This document shows, piece by piece, positions 9,102-18,570 of a DNA stretch of 64,000 bases. The stretch lies in NCBI GenBank assembly GCA_017999435.1, contig JAGNLV010000001.1, positions 391,938-455,937 of the forward strand, given 5' to 3'. The DNA is from Candidatus Zixiibacteriota bacterium (GTDB lineage Bacteria > Zixibacteria > MSB-5A5 > GN15 > FEB-12). The position numbers were made by a program, and so were the translations under genes. Numbering within the stretch: the first letter of the stretch is position 1; each line of letters begins with the position of its first letter. A model generated the notes under the pieces. The model ran no database searches and was not told the DNA's origin. It worked only from the letters and a program-made list of their open reading frames with translations.

Positions 9102-10420
9102 GCGCCGGCCTCGACCATCTCGCCGTGGAGCGTGAAAGCGTCGGCGGCCGCGATGCGCACCGCCACCACATCGCCCGGCTTCGCCCGCCCGCTGTCGAAC
9201 AGCACCGTCTTGTTCCCCTCCGTGCGGGCGCGCAGCACCCGCGGGTCGCGACGCGACGGTCCCTCGACCAGGGCCGAGCGCACCTGCCCGACCTCGCGCT
9301 GGTTCCGGGCGTGGGAGATCTGCTGCTGGAGCGCGATGAGCGTGTTCAGGCGGCGGATCTTCTCCGCCTCCGGCACGTCGTCGGCCGAGCGCGCCGCCGT
9401 CGTCCCCGGCCGCACCGAATAGCGGAACATGAAAGCCGCGTCGTACTCGATCCGCCGCACCGCCGCGAGCGTCTGTTCGAATTCCGCCTCGGTCTCGCTG
9501 GGAAAACCGACAATGAGATCGGTGGTGAGCGCCGCGTAGGCCAGCCGGGCGCGGATGTAGTCGATGATCTTCAGGTAGTGTTCGAGCGTGTACGCACGCC
9601 CCATCCGCCGCAGGATGCGGTCGCTGCCCGACTGCAGCGGGAGGTGGATGTGCGGCATGATCTTCGGCTCGTCCGCCATAACGTCAACCAGCCGCCGCGA
9701 GAGATCCTTCGGATGCGACGTCATGTACCGCACCCGCTGCACCCCGGTCTCCCGCGCCACCCGCAACAGCAGCTCGGGAAACCCGATTCCCTCCCAGGCG
9801 TAGCTGTTCACGTTCTGCCCGAGCAGGGTCACCTCCACCACCCCCTCGTCCGCCATTTTGCGGACGGCGTCGAGAATGAATCCGGCCGCGTGGGCCCGCT
9901 CCCGCCCCCGGACGTACGGCACGATGCAGTACGTGCAGTAATTGTCGCAGCCCCGCGAGATAGTTACAAAGCCCGAAAAGGGCGTCTCTTTGACCGGGAC
10001 GATCGAGTCCATATCCTCGTGCCCGAAGGCCGTCATAATCCGCGGCGTCCCCTCGATCCCCTCGAGGACGTCGGGCAGCTCGAACAGCCGGTCGGTACCG
10101 AGCACGATGTCGACCTGCGGGGCCCGGCGCACCAGTTCGTCGCCCAGCCGCTGCGCCATGCAGCCCACAACCGCCACCTTCACATGGGGCTTCCGCCGCT
10201 TGAGTTGGGAAATCTCGCCCAGTCGGCCGAACACCCGCTGTTCGGCTTTCTCCCGCACCGAGCAGGTGTTGAGAATGAGCAAGTCAGCCTCGGCCGGACT
10301 GGCCGCCCGGCGGTATCCCCGCGTGAGCAGCGAGGCGGCCAGGGTCGAGGAGTCCGCCAGATTCATCTGGCAGCCGAAAGTCGTAATGTGGAACGTCCGT
10401 ATGTCCCTGGTGGTGGCCAT
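9098..10420 (-). CDS. miaB: tRNA-i6A37 methylthiotransferase (radical SAM)
   Basis: Carries FHITTFGCQMNLADS and the radical-SAM cluster motif CDNYCTYC. There is a TRAM-like C-terminus. The stop overlaps the start of the sensor gene (ATGA). Confidence 0.9.
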   Translation of the reverse strand: MATTRDIRTFHITTFGCQMNLADSSTLAASLLTRGYRRAASPAEADLLILNTCSVREKAEQRVFGRLGEISQLKRRKPHVKVAVVGCMAQRLGDELVRRAPQVDIVLGTDRLFELPDVLEGIEGTPRIMTAFGHEDMDSIVPVKETPFSGFVTISRGCDNYCTYCIVPYVRGRERAHAAGFILDAVRKMADEGVVEVTLLGQNVNSYAWEGIGFPELLLRVARETGVQRVRYMTSHPKDLSRRLVDVMADEPKIMPHIHLPLQSGSDRILRRMGRAYTLEHYLKIIDYIRARLAYAALTTDLIVGFPSETEAEFEQTLAAVRRIEYDAAFMFRYSVRPGTTAARSADDVPEAEKIRRLNTLIALQQQISHARNQREVGQVRSALVEGPSRRDPRVLRARTEGNKTVLFDSGRAKPGDVVAVRIAAADAFTLHGEMVEAGA

Positions 10421-10513
10421 CGCTTTTCGAATTCCTTTGCCGGCGAGAACGGTCGCGCGCGGACTGCCCTAATGATACCTTTTTCCGGCCTCGGCGCAAT
10501 CAAAAACCCGGCC

Positions 10514-10548
10514 GAAAACGACGACGGCGGCCCCGCCGGGAGGCCGCC
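10514..10548 (-). terminator. Possible intrinsic terminator after the M1 peptidase gene
   Basis: 7-bp GC stem GGCGGCC/GGCCGCC with a 9-nt loop. On the minus strand it is followed by GTCGTCGTTTTCGG. Confidence 0.35.
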
Positions 10549-10575
10549 GCCCCAACCCTCATGGTCCCCCCTGGG

Positions 10576-12816
10576 TCAGTTCACACACCCGGGCAGAGGC
10601 GCCGGTCCCCCCCGGAACAGGTGCGCCACCAGGTAGGTCACGTCGGCCACGCTGATGTCGCAGGAACCGTTGACATCCGCCGAGTTGAGAATCACCGGCG
10701 GCTCACCGCCCCGGAAGAGAAAGTCGATCAGCAGCGTCAGGTCGGCCACGTTGACCTGCCCGTCGTTGGTCACGTCCCCGGGCTTCCCGGCGCTCGGCGC
10801 CGCGTAGAGCGTGAAATCGACCTGGTCGGTGTAGCTGTAACTGTTGTCGTCCACGAAAACCGTAAAAGCAAACCGCCCGGTGTCGCTCGTGGTCCCGCTG
10901 ATCACGCCCTCGTTGGAGAGGCTCAGACCGGTCGGCAGACTGCCGGCCGTCACCGACCACGTCTGCCAGCCGGAGCCGCCCCGCAGCTCGATGGTATCGG
11001 TGTAGGCGCTGTATTGCCGCACCGTATCGAGACCGTCGCTCGGCGTGATGACGAACATGTCCCAGGCCAGCCGCTGCTGCGACTTGATCATCCAGTTCAT
11101 CGGGTCGAGACTCAGCGCCGAGGGGTTCGCCGGCAGATGAATCTTCGTCCGCTCGATCTTCTCGTCCGCCCACACCGTCACCGTGTCGCTGACCCCGGTG
11201 AACGTGAACTTGATCGGCATCGTGAACACCCGCGGCTCGGTGGTCTGCACCTGCCGGACGCGGAGGTAGACGTCCCAGCCGCCCCCGGCGGCCGGCTCGC
11301 TCATCCAGTACCACCAGAAATTCGGGTAGTACGTGCCGTAGACCCACTCGTTGAAAAACCAGTCCAGTTCCACCCCGGTCGCCGCTTCGAACACGTTCTT
11401 GAAATCCTCGGTGGTCGCGGCCTTGAACTGGTAGGGGGAGTTGTAGTAGGCGTGCACGCCCGCAAAGAAGAGCGAATCCCCGAGCACCCCGCGCAGCGAG
11501 TGCAGCACCCACGCCCCCTTGTCGTACACGCGGCTCGTGAAAATCGCATCCGTACTCGAAGTGTCCTGGCAGTAGACGGTCCCGCCGGCCGTGAAGTACA
11601 TGCCTATCATGTGATTGATGTAGGCCGTCCAGCCGCCCAGCGCCTCGTAATAGAGCGCCTCCGCGTAGGATGCCCACCCTTCGTTCAGCCAGATGTCGCG
11701 CCAGGATTTGCAGGTGATCAAGTCCCCCCACCACTGGTGGGCCATCTCGTGGACTATCACCGTCGTTGACATGGAGAAACTGTTGGCCGTCAGCGAGGTC
11801 ATCGTCTGATGCTCCATCGCCCCGCCCCAGGTAAAGTGCGCGTGCCCGTACTTCTCCGTCGCAAACGGATACGGCCCGAAAACGTCCGAGAAAATCGTCA
11901 GCGCCCCCGGCGTCACCGCGAAACTCGACAGCGAGGCCGTGTACCAGCTCGGGTACACGGCGTACTCCAGCGGCATCGTGTCGGCGCCCCCGTTGTACAC
12001 CCATTGGTCGTACCACACCTGGAACTCCGAAATCGCCAGCATGAACAGGTAGGTCGCCATCGGATAGCGCACCCGGTAGTAGTACGTGTGCGTGTTGCCG
12101 CCGTGGGCTACCATCGAATCAAGCGTGCCGTTCGAGGCCGCGTAGAGCGAAGTGTCGACCTCGATGGCGATGTTGAACGAGTCCGCCTTGTCGTCCATGC
12201 GGTCCTTGCACGGCCACCAGGTCCGCGCGAAATAGGGCTCCGACAAGGTCGAAATCGCCGTGTACGCACCGTAGGTGCCGAACGTAAACGCGCCGAACCC
12301 GGCCGATTCCGTCGGGTGGCCGTGGTACCAGAAATCGAACGCGAACTGCTCGCCCACCCGGTAGGTGCCGTCGAGGTCGATCGTCACCACGTTGCCCAGG
12401 CGGGTGAAAGCCAGTTGGCCCGAGGAACCGACGATCGAGTCGATCGTCATGTTGAGGAACAGATCGACCTCCACGCTGCCGACATTCCCCTCGGCCGCCG
12501 TCGCCACGAACGTCACCCGCCCCCACACGATCTCGGTGGTGTCGTTGATCCGGAGCTTCACATCGTAGAATGTGACGTCGTAGTTCGTCTGCGTGGTCGC
12601 TTCGGACCCGCCGAGGAGCTGTTTCAGGGCGGTGCGCCGCTGCAGGTCCCCCGCCTTGGCCGCCGCCAGACGCTCGTGAATTTCCGACGCCGGGGCGGTG
12701 TTCCAGTCCCGGCTCTCATCGTCATCCCCGAAACCGGCGGCCGTCGCAAGCAGCACAAGCGCCGCCAGAACCGCCAGGATGCGTGTCACCGATGCTGAGC
12801 TCAATGGTGCCTCCAA
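10576..12816 (-). CDS. Secreted M1-family aminopeptidase with C-terminal dockerin-like tandem repeat
   Basis: Zinc motif HEMAHQWWGDL followed by WLNEGWASY. Has an N-terminal signal peptide. The C-terminus reads GDVTNDGQVNVADLTLLIDFLFRGG ... DVNGSCDISVADVTYLVAHLFRGGP. Confidence 0.85.
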   Translation of the reverse strand: MEAPLSSASVTRILAVLAALVLLATAAGFGDDDESRDWNTAPASEIHERLAAAKAGDLQRRTALKQLLGGSEATTQTNYDVTFYDVKLRINDTTEIVWGRVTFVATAAEGNVGSVEVDLFLNMTIDSIVGSSGQLAFTRLGNVVTIDLDGTYRVGEQFAFDFWYHGHPTESAGFGAFTFGTYGAYTAISTLSEPYFARTWWPCKDRMDDKADSFNIAIEVDTSLYAASNGTLDSMVAHGGNTHTYYYRVRYPMATYLFMLAISEFQVWYDQWVYNGGADTMPLEYAVYPSWYTASLSSFAVTPGALTIFSDVFGPYPFATEKYGHAHFTWGGAMEHQTMTSLTANSFSMSTTVIVHEMAHQWWGDLITCKSWRDIWLNEGWASYAEALYYEALGGWTAYINHMIGMYFTAGGTVYCQDTSSTDAIFTSRVYDKGAWVLHSLRGVLGDSLFFAGVHAYYNSPYQFKAATTEDFKNVFEAATGVELDWFFNEWVYGTYYPNFWWYWMSEPAAGGGWDVYLRVRQVQTTEPRVFTMPIKFTFTGVSDTVTVWADEKIERTKIHLPANPSALSLDPMNWMIKSQQRLAWDMFVITPSDGLDTVRQYSAYTDTIELRGGSGWQTWSVTAGSLPTGLSLSNEGVISGTTSDTGRFAFTVFVDDNSYSYTDQVDFTLYAAPSAGKPGDVTNDGQVNVADLTLLIDFLFRGGEPPVILNSADVNGSCDISVADVTYLVAHLFRGGPAPLPGCVN

Positions 12817-12899
12817 ACTCTCTATGGACCGATCACTTGTTATTCATCGTCGGCGGACCAAGGTACAACTGTATGTACGGGGAGCGTCGATCGTTCCGC

Positions 12900-12927
12900 A
12901 AAATAACCGATCCGCCCCGTAAGTCAA
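12900..12927 (-). promoter_or_regulatory. Candidate sigma70-type promoter for the M1 peptidase gene
   Basis: The minus strand reads TTGACT-N16-TATTTT. It lies downstream of the 12977-13004 terminator and upstream of the start at 12816. Confidence 0.35.
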
Positions 12928-12976
12928 GGCCAATTCGGCTGTTAGCCGAGGCGCACATTTTGCCCCGCGCCCATAG

Positions 12977-13004
12977 AAAAACGCCGCGGCTTTCCGCCGC
13001 GGCG
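12977..13004 (-). terminator. Intrinsic terminator after the BACON-like/dockerin gene
   Basis: 9-bp stem CGCCGCGGC/GCCGCGGCG with a 5-nt loop. On the minus strand it is followed by TTTTTC. Confidence 0.7.
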
Positions 13005-13031
13005 CCTCTCCAGCCGGCCTTCACCGGGCCG

Positions 13032-15377
13032 TCACTTGTACGGGTTCCAACACGGTATAGGACCGTTGCGGAACAGATATTCGATGAAATACGTGAGGTC
13101 GGCGATATTCACCAGGTGGTCGCAGTTCAGATCCCCGACCAACTGCGTCGGCTGCGGCTGGGGACCGCCCCGGAACAGGAACGAAATCATGTAGGTGAGG
13201 TCAAGAACGTTGATCACCGAGTTGTAGTCGCAGTCCCCATGAAAACGCCACACTTTCAGGCGCACCCGGATTGTGCCCGGGCTGTTGGAGGCCGAGGGAG
13301 CGTACAGCTTGATCGAATCCGGATACTCTCCGAACAGGAACCCGTCCGAATTCACCCCGAAGATCAGCGACGCCGGGTTGATCCCGGAGGTGTCGGAGGG
13401 GAACAGCCAGGGGACGTTTTCCACGATGTACCACGGCATGCAGCCGCCGAATTCATTGTGAATCGCCATCCCGATATCCGGCAGCGGCCCGCTGTTCTCC
13501 TGCGCCGGCACGACAAACGAGCTGTTCGAAACCCAGATCTTGGGCTGCTGCGTCGGCGGTATGACCGAGTACTTCACGATCACCGTGTCCGCCGGATTGG
13601 TCGATTTCCGCGCCGTCACGACAATGGTGTCGTAGTACACCCCGATCGGCAGATTCAGGAAATTCGCCTGGACCGAGACGGTCGCGGGCGCCACGTTGCT
13701 CAGGGTCGAGATATCGAACAACTCAGACTCCCAACCGAGCACAAACTCCATCGGATCGTCCCCGCCGGCATTGTCGACGATGAACCCGCCGACCGGCGGC
13801 AGGTTGCGTATCCCCATCTCGCACTCATACAGCGTCAGGCGCACGGTGTCGGCGGTCACGATCATGAGGGCGGGATCGGACACATAATGGAACAGGAAAA
13901 CCACCGGGAAGGGGGAATTGATGGCCTCATTCGAGTACACCCAAAGCGTGTCGTAGTAGTCGACCCCGGCATTGCCCGCGTTCAGCTTGAACGTGACCTG
14001 GACGTCCAGCGGCGCCGCCCCGGACATCGGCGACATGCTCAGAATTCGGCTGGCGTTTTCCTCCAGCCAGAAATTCATTGCCCCCGCGCCGTCATTCCGG
14101 ATCGTTATCGTCCACGGTCCGACCTCCCGCGCCGGCCACGGCACCACGACGTAGTTGAACGCCGAATCGACCGCGATAATCGGCAGATCCGACCCCACCG
14201 AGAGCGTCACCGGAACCCGCACCGGGGTGTTGGTCGCCCCCGCCGCCGTAATCACCACCGTGTCGTAGTAGGTGTTGAAGGCCAGCCCTGTGATATCCAC
14301 CGACACCGTCACCGCCGCCGAGTCCGTCCCCGCCATCGGCGCCAGCGACAACCAGCCCTGGCTGTGGCTCAGCGTCCAGTTGAGCACCTGCCCGCCGGTG
14401 TTCTTGATCGTCAGTGTCTTCGGATCCGGGTTCGCCCCGCCCGCGACGGCGTTGAAAAAGAACGCCGTCGGCGTGGCCGCGATCGTCGGCGGCGGCTCCT
14501 GCACCAAGAGCACCACTTTCACCCACTGCGGCGTGTTGGCCGCCGCCGGCGCCGCCACCATGACTGAATCGATGTACGTGGCGGGGGCCAGGCCCACGAT
14601 GTTCGGCAACACCGTGATGCTCCGCGGCGTGTTCCCCGCCAGCGGACTCACCGCCATCCAGGTCGACGTCTCGGTCACCGTGAAGGCCAGCGGCTCGTTG
14701 TCCGAACTGATGACGAACTGCTGCCCCGACGGCGCCCCGCCTCCCTGCACGGCCGAGAAAAACAGCGAATCCGGCGTCACGATCAGGTTCGACGGCTCGG
14801 CGCAGGAAGTGTCCTTGTACCGCTCCCGGCCCGTCCAGTAGGGAATGATCTCGTTGTTGTTATCGTCAACCAGGTTGAATTCCGTCCCTGGCTGCCAGAA
14901 CAGCGTGTCGATGGAGACGGTGTCGCATTCTCCCCAGCTGCTCAGGGTGAAGAAGTAGCTCGCCCAGAGGCGACGGTTCGGCGCCGGCTGCAAGCCGACT
15001 GAAAAAGCCGACAAACCGCCGAAAATGAACCGATGGTTGGTGTTGGTCAGCGCGATGTTCGCGTTCTCGTAGTAGAAGGTCCCCAAATCGAAAGCGGTGC
15101 GGATGTCCGCCGGCGAATTGGCGCTGTCCATCTGCAGGTTCGGGTTGATCCACTTGAACCCCATCGTCACACCGAATATGGTGTTGGCGTCCGTGAACCC
15201 ATACAGATCAGCCCGCAAATGCAGTTGATTGGTGGCGTGGTCCGGCACCACGGAATAAACCAGGTCGATTGTGTCGGCGGCGCCGGCATCATCCGGATCC
15301 TGCTGAAACTGCGCCGCCGCCGGGCCGGCGCCCGCCAGCAACAGGATCAGCATCAGCACGAGCAGCTTGCTTTTCAT
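13032..15377 (-). CDS. Secreted multi-domain protein: N-terminal beta-sandwich-like module, five ~100-aa BACON/Ig-like repeats, C-terminal dockerin-like repeat
   Basis: Signal peptide MKSKLLVLMLILLLAGAGPAAA. Five repeats share the pattern (F/L)xFxA...W...(S/A)P..G.....V.V......(Y)YD(T/S)..V......N(T/S)P..V.V.L.V. The C-terminus reads GDCDYNSVINVLDLTYMISFLFRGGP ... GDLNCDHLVNIADLTYFIEYLFRNGP. GGAGG RBS. Confidence 0.75.
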   Translation of the reverse strand: MKSKLLVLMLILLLAGAGPAAAQFQQDPDDAGAADTIDLVYSVVPDHATNQLHLRADLYGFTDANTIFGVTMGFKWINPNLQMDSANSPADIRTAFDLGTFYYENANIALTNTNHRFIFGGLSAFSVGLQPAPNRRLWASYFFTLSSWGECDTVSIDTLFWQPGTEFNLVDDNNNEIIPYWTGRERYKDTSCAEPSNLIVTPDSLFFSAVQGGGAPSGQQFVISSDNEPLAFTVTETSTWMAVSPLAGNTPRSITVLPNIVGLAPATYIDSVMVAAPAAANTPQWVKVVLLVQEPPPTIAATPTAFFFNAVAGGANPDPKTLTIKNTGGQVLNWTLSHSQGWLSLAPMAGTDSAAVTVSVDITGLAFNTYYDTVVITAAGATNTPVRVPVTLSVGSDLPIIAVDSAFNYVVVPWPAREVGPWTITIRNDGAGAMNFWLEENASRILSMSPMSGAAPLDVQVTFKLNAGNAGVDYYDTLWVYSNEAINSPFPVVFLFHYVSDPALMIVTADTVRLTLYECEMGIRNLPPVGGFIVDNAGGDDPMEFVLGWESELFDISTLSNVAPATVSVQANFLNLPIGVYYDTIVVTARKSTNPADTVIVKYSVIPPTQQPKIWVSNSSFVVPAQENSGPLPDIGMAIHNEFGGCMPWYIVENVPWLFPSDTSGINPASLIFGVNSDGFLFGEYPDSIKLYAPSASNSPGTIRVRLKVWRFHGDCDYNSVINVLDLTYMISFLFRGGPQPQPTQLVGDLNCDHLVNIADLTYFIEYLFRNGPIPCWNPYK

Positions 15378-15633
15378 CGGTGTGCCTCCATGCGAATTCC
15401 GTTTATCGTCTCTTTAACCCCGGCACCCCCCCGGCGGCGGGCCGTCACTTCCGCCACGGGCCGAAGGGCCGCACCTACTGATTCCCATAACCGCCGCGTG
15501 TATCGGGCCGACCAGACCTTCGGACCGCTCTTCCCGCACTCACTTCGATTGACACCTGACGTCTTGCCGGTTCATAACTCTGAGGTTGACTGCCGGACAC
15601 ACGGAGGACTTTCTGCCCATTACACGCTGCTTA

Positions 15634-15662
15634 AATATGCTCCGACGGCCCCCGCCTGTCAA
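15634..15662 (-). promoter_or_regulatory. Candidate sigma70-type promoter ~250 nt upstream of the BACON-like gene
   Basis: The minus strand reads TTGACA-N17-CATATT. It shares the 34-nt architecture TTGACA-N13-GGAGCATATTTAAGC with the nfeD promoter at 58946-58979. Confidence 0.35.
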
Positions 15663-15745
15663 GGGAAATAGAGACCCCGCGGGGCGCAATCGCCAACCCC
15701 GGCCCTGCCTGAGCCCCTCCCGCACCCATGAATTGGAATGTGAGA

Positions 15746-18247
15746 CTACCGCGTGCGCGGACGCTTGGTCGAGGGCTTCCCGCCCGGCTTCTTCGACACC
15801 TTGCGGGCCGCCGCCTTCCCCGCCGACGACCGCCGCTTCGCCTTCTCAATCTCCTCGGCGAAGATCTTCTCGAGGGTATAGGCCGACGGTGTGAAATCCA
15901 GCAGGCACAACTCGAACAACTCGTCCACCCGCTCTATGAATCGGAATGCGGTGCGGCGAAGGATTTCTTTGGGCAAGTCCTTCAAATCCTTCTCGTTCTC
16001 CTTCGGCAGCACGACCGTGAGAATCCCGGCCCGGTAGGCCGCCGAGACTTTCTCCTTGATCCCGCCCACAGGGAGCACCCGTCCCCGAAGCGTCACTTCA
16101 CCCGTCATCGCTATCTCGTTGCGGATCGGCCGCTCGGCCATGAGCGATGCGATCACCAGACACACCGTGATTCCGGCCGAGGGTCCGTCTTTGGGGATTG
16201 CCCCCGAGGGAAAGTGAATGTGAATGTCGAATTCGTTGAAGTCGTTGAAATCAATCCCCAGTACATCCGCTTTTGACCGGACATACGAATGGGCCGCCTG
16301 TATCGACTCCCGCATCACGTCCCCGAGCGACCCGGTCGTGATGATCTGCCCGTCCCCCTTCATCTTCAACCCTTCGATGAACATCAGGTCCCCCCCCGCC
16401 CCGGTCCACGCCAACCCGGTCGCGCACCCGATCTCCGGCTTGGTTTCCGCCTTCTCCGGTATGAACACCGGCTGCCCGAGATACAATTCGATAGTGTCCG
16501 GCCGGATCACCCAGTTCTTGCGCGGCTTCTCCGCCTTCTCCAGCGCGATCTTGCGCAGAATCTTCTCGATCTGCTGCGAGAACACGAGCAGCCCCGCCTC
16601 CATCGTGTAGTTGGAGATGATGCGCGTCAGGGCCTTCGTCTCAAACTCCACCTCCGCCTTCGACAACCCGTGTTTGCGCAACATCTTCGGGATGATGTAC
16701 TTCTTCGAGATGACGATTTTTTCTTTTTCGATATAGGCGGGCAGTTCGATGATGTCAAGCCGCGGCACGAACTGCTCGGGGATCTCCTCGAACGACCGCA
16801 CCGAGCAGATGAAGAAGGCCTTGCTCAGGTCGAAGGGCACCCCGAGGTAGTTGTCCAGGAAGGCCTTGTTCCACCGGCTGTCGATCGCCTCGAGGAGCAC
16901 CATGTTGACCGAGGAGTCGTTGTCCATGTTGAAGTAGTCGATATCCTCGATCAGGACAACCGGGTCACAGCTCCCCGCGTCGCGCATCGCCCGGACGATT
17001 TTCCCGGGCATCGCCCCGAGGAAAGTCCGCGGCGAACCCTTAATCTCCGACACCTCCGAGATCCCCCCGACCGAGATCCGCACCAGGCGCTTGCCCATGG
17101 CTTTCGCCATCGCCTTGGCCAGCGACGCTTTCCCCGTCCCCGGCGCGCCGATCAGACACAGCGTCGGCCCCTCGCTCGTCCCCCCGAGCAGCTTGCGCAC
17201 CGACAGCCGCTGCAGGATCTGCTCCTTGAGCTGTGTCGGACCGTAGTGCTCCGCCGACAAGACCCGCGCCACCTCCGCCATCGAGTAGTCCTCCGGCGTC
17301 ACCTTCCCCCACGGCAGCGACAACAGCCAGTTCAGGTAGTTCTTGGTCACCCCGTACTCGGCCGAGGCGGGGGAAAGCTCCGACAGGCGGTCGATCTCGA
17401 TCGTCGCGCGCGCTACCACGTCGGGGGGAAGGCTGTTCGACGACTTGATCTGGTGCCGCAGGGCCGCCGCCTCCCGCTCCTCCGAGGGATCCTCCCCCAG
17501 CTGCCGGCGGATCTCCGCCAACTGCTGCCGCAGGAACACCCGCCGCTCTTCCTCGGCCATGTTCCTTCGGACATTTTCGTTCACCGAGGCCGCCGTCGCC
17601 ACCCGCATCAGTTCGCTGTTGAGCGAGGCCAGCAGGCGGTCATAGCGCATTGAGAGATCGACCGATTCGAGGATTTCCTGCTTGGCCGGCAGCGGGAAGT
17701 GGAATATCGAGGCCGCCCGGTCCGCCAAGAGTGACGGATCCTTCTGGTTCATCTTGAGCACCGTCACCTGCTCCGGCGAGTAGCTCGGGTCGAGATGGGT
17801 GATTTCATCGACCACGTCGATGACCTGCCTGACCTTGGCCGCGATGTCCTTGTCGGGGCCCGCCGGGTCCTCGAGAAACAGCACGGTGGCCGTGAGGTAG
17901 GGATCCTGCCGGACTACCTCCCCCAGCACCGCCCGCCGCAGCCCCTCGATCGTGACGATCAGCGAATTCCCCACGCCCTTCTGGATGTCGCGGACCGCGG
18001 CCAGCACCCCCACCTCGTGCAGCGCCCCGACGTCGTCGCCCCCGCGGCGGGACAGCGTGAACGACGCCACAAACTCCTGCTTCCTCTCGTGGCACTGTCG
18101 AATCAGGTCGATGCTGGACCGCCGCCCGACCTGGATGGTGATCATCGAGCCCGGGAACAACACGCCGGTGAGCAGCGACAACACCGGGTACTGCTGCTCC
18201 TGGTCGGTAACGAGCACGGGGAGCTTGTTTTTGCTGCGTACTATCAT
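15746..18247 (-). CDS. lon: ATP-dependent Lon protease (LonA type) with a basic C-terminal tail
   Basis: N-terminal LON domain ([14 protein letters not shown]), Walker [10 protein letters not shown], and protease serine motif [11 protein letters not shown]. The last ~30 aa are Lys/Arg-rich. Confidence 0.92.
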   Translation of the reverse strand: MIVRSKNKLPVLVTDQEQQYPVLSLLTGVLFPGSMITIQVGRRSSIDLIRQCHERKQEFVASFTLSRRGGDDVGALHEVGVLAAVRDIQKGVGNSLIVTIEGLRRAVLGEVVRQDPYLTATVLFLEDPAGPDKDIAAKVRQVIDVVDEITHLDPSYSPEQVTVLKMNQKDPSLLADRAASIFHFPLPAKQEILESVDLSMRYDRLLASLNSELMRVATAASVNENVRRNMAEEERRVFLRQQLAEIRRQLGEDPSEEREAAALRHQIKSSNSLPPDVVARATIEIDRLSELSPASAEYGVTKNYLNWLLSLPWGKVTPEDYSMAEVARVLSAEHYGPTQLKEQILQRLSVRKLLGGTSEGPTLCLIGAPGTGKASLAKAMAKAMGKRLVRISVGGISEVSEIKGSPRTFLGAMPGKIVRAMRDAGSCDPVVLIEDIDYFNMDNDSSVNMVLLEAIDSRWNKAFLDNYLGVPFDLSKAFFICSVRSFEEIPEQFVPRLDIIELPAYIEKEKIVISKKYIIPKMLRKHGLSKAEVEFETKALTRIISNYTMEAGLLVFSQQIEKILRKIALEKAEKPRKNWVIRPDTIELYLGQPVFIPEKAETKPEIGCATGLAWTGAGGDLMFIEGLKMKGDGQIITTGSLGDVMRESIQAAHSYVRSKADVLGIDFNDFNEFDIHIHFPSGAIPKDGPSAGITVCLVIASLMAERPIRNEIAMTGEVTLRGRVLPVGGIKEKVSAAYRAGILTVVLPKENEKDLKDLPKEILRRTAFRFIERVDELFELCLLDFTPSAYTLEKIFAEEIEKAKRRSSAGKAAARKVSKKPGGKPSTKRPRTR

Positions 18248-18440
18248 AGCGATGGGGCGAGGAACATCGGCGGCTTCCTCGCTTCAACTAGTTTTCGACA
18301 AATCAGGCACGTTGCTGAACGATTGTCAAAGCATAATTCCGTTGCGCCACCGCACTTTATACGTACCGCCGGCCGGCTCCGGCGGCTTCCCGGGCCGCGC
18401 CCCCCTGTCACCTCCTGCCGCGCACCCCCGCCCAACGCGC

Positions 18441-18471
18441 AAAAGCGGGGCAGGAAAAAATCCTGCCCCGC
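18441..18471 (-). terminator. Intrinsic terminator after the helicase gene
   Basis: 11-bp stem GCGGGGCAGGA/TCCTGCCCCGC with a 5-nt loop. On the minus strand it is followed by TTTTGC. It lies ~100 nt past the helicase stop. Confidence 0.75.
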
Positions 18472-18570
18472 CGGCGAACGCTCCCACCGCCCCGGACGAG
18501 GGGGATCCGGGCGCCGCGAGGGATACGTCAATTGTCTTGTCCGCGTCCCGGCCGGTCCCGCCGCCCGGTC

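Noticed and set aside
9098-10420. Radical-SAM enzyme as a possible maturase for the Cys-rich 77-aa peptide (RiPP hypothesis).
   Set aside because: The protein is a canonical MiaB (UPF0004 N-domain, radical-SAM core, TRAM tail). It lies 11 kb away in a different operon. No peptide-modifying enzyme, protease or exporter flanks the small ORF.
15746-18247. Lon protease as a BrxL-like defence component partnered with the neighbouring helicase.
   Set aside because: It has the full LonA architecture (LON N-domain, AAA+, S16 protease with the PKDGPSAG serine motif). It is also separated from the helicase unit by an intrinsic terminator and a 320-bp promoter region, so it is a housekeeping gene.
18244-18531. 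95-aa ORF upstream of and overlapping the lon start.
   Set aside because: Arg/Pro/Gly-rich low-complexity translation with no RBS at its start. It also spans the helicase terminator. Only its last seven codons, which have their own SD and ATG, are considered further (see the lon leader finding).
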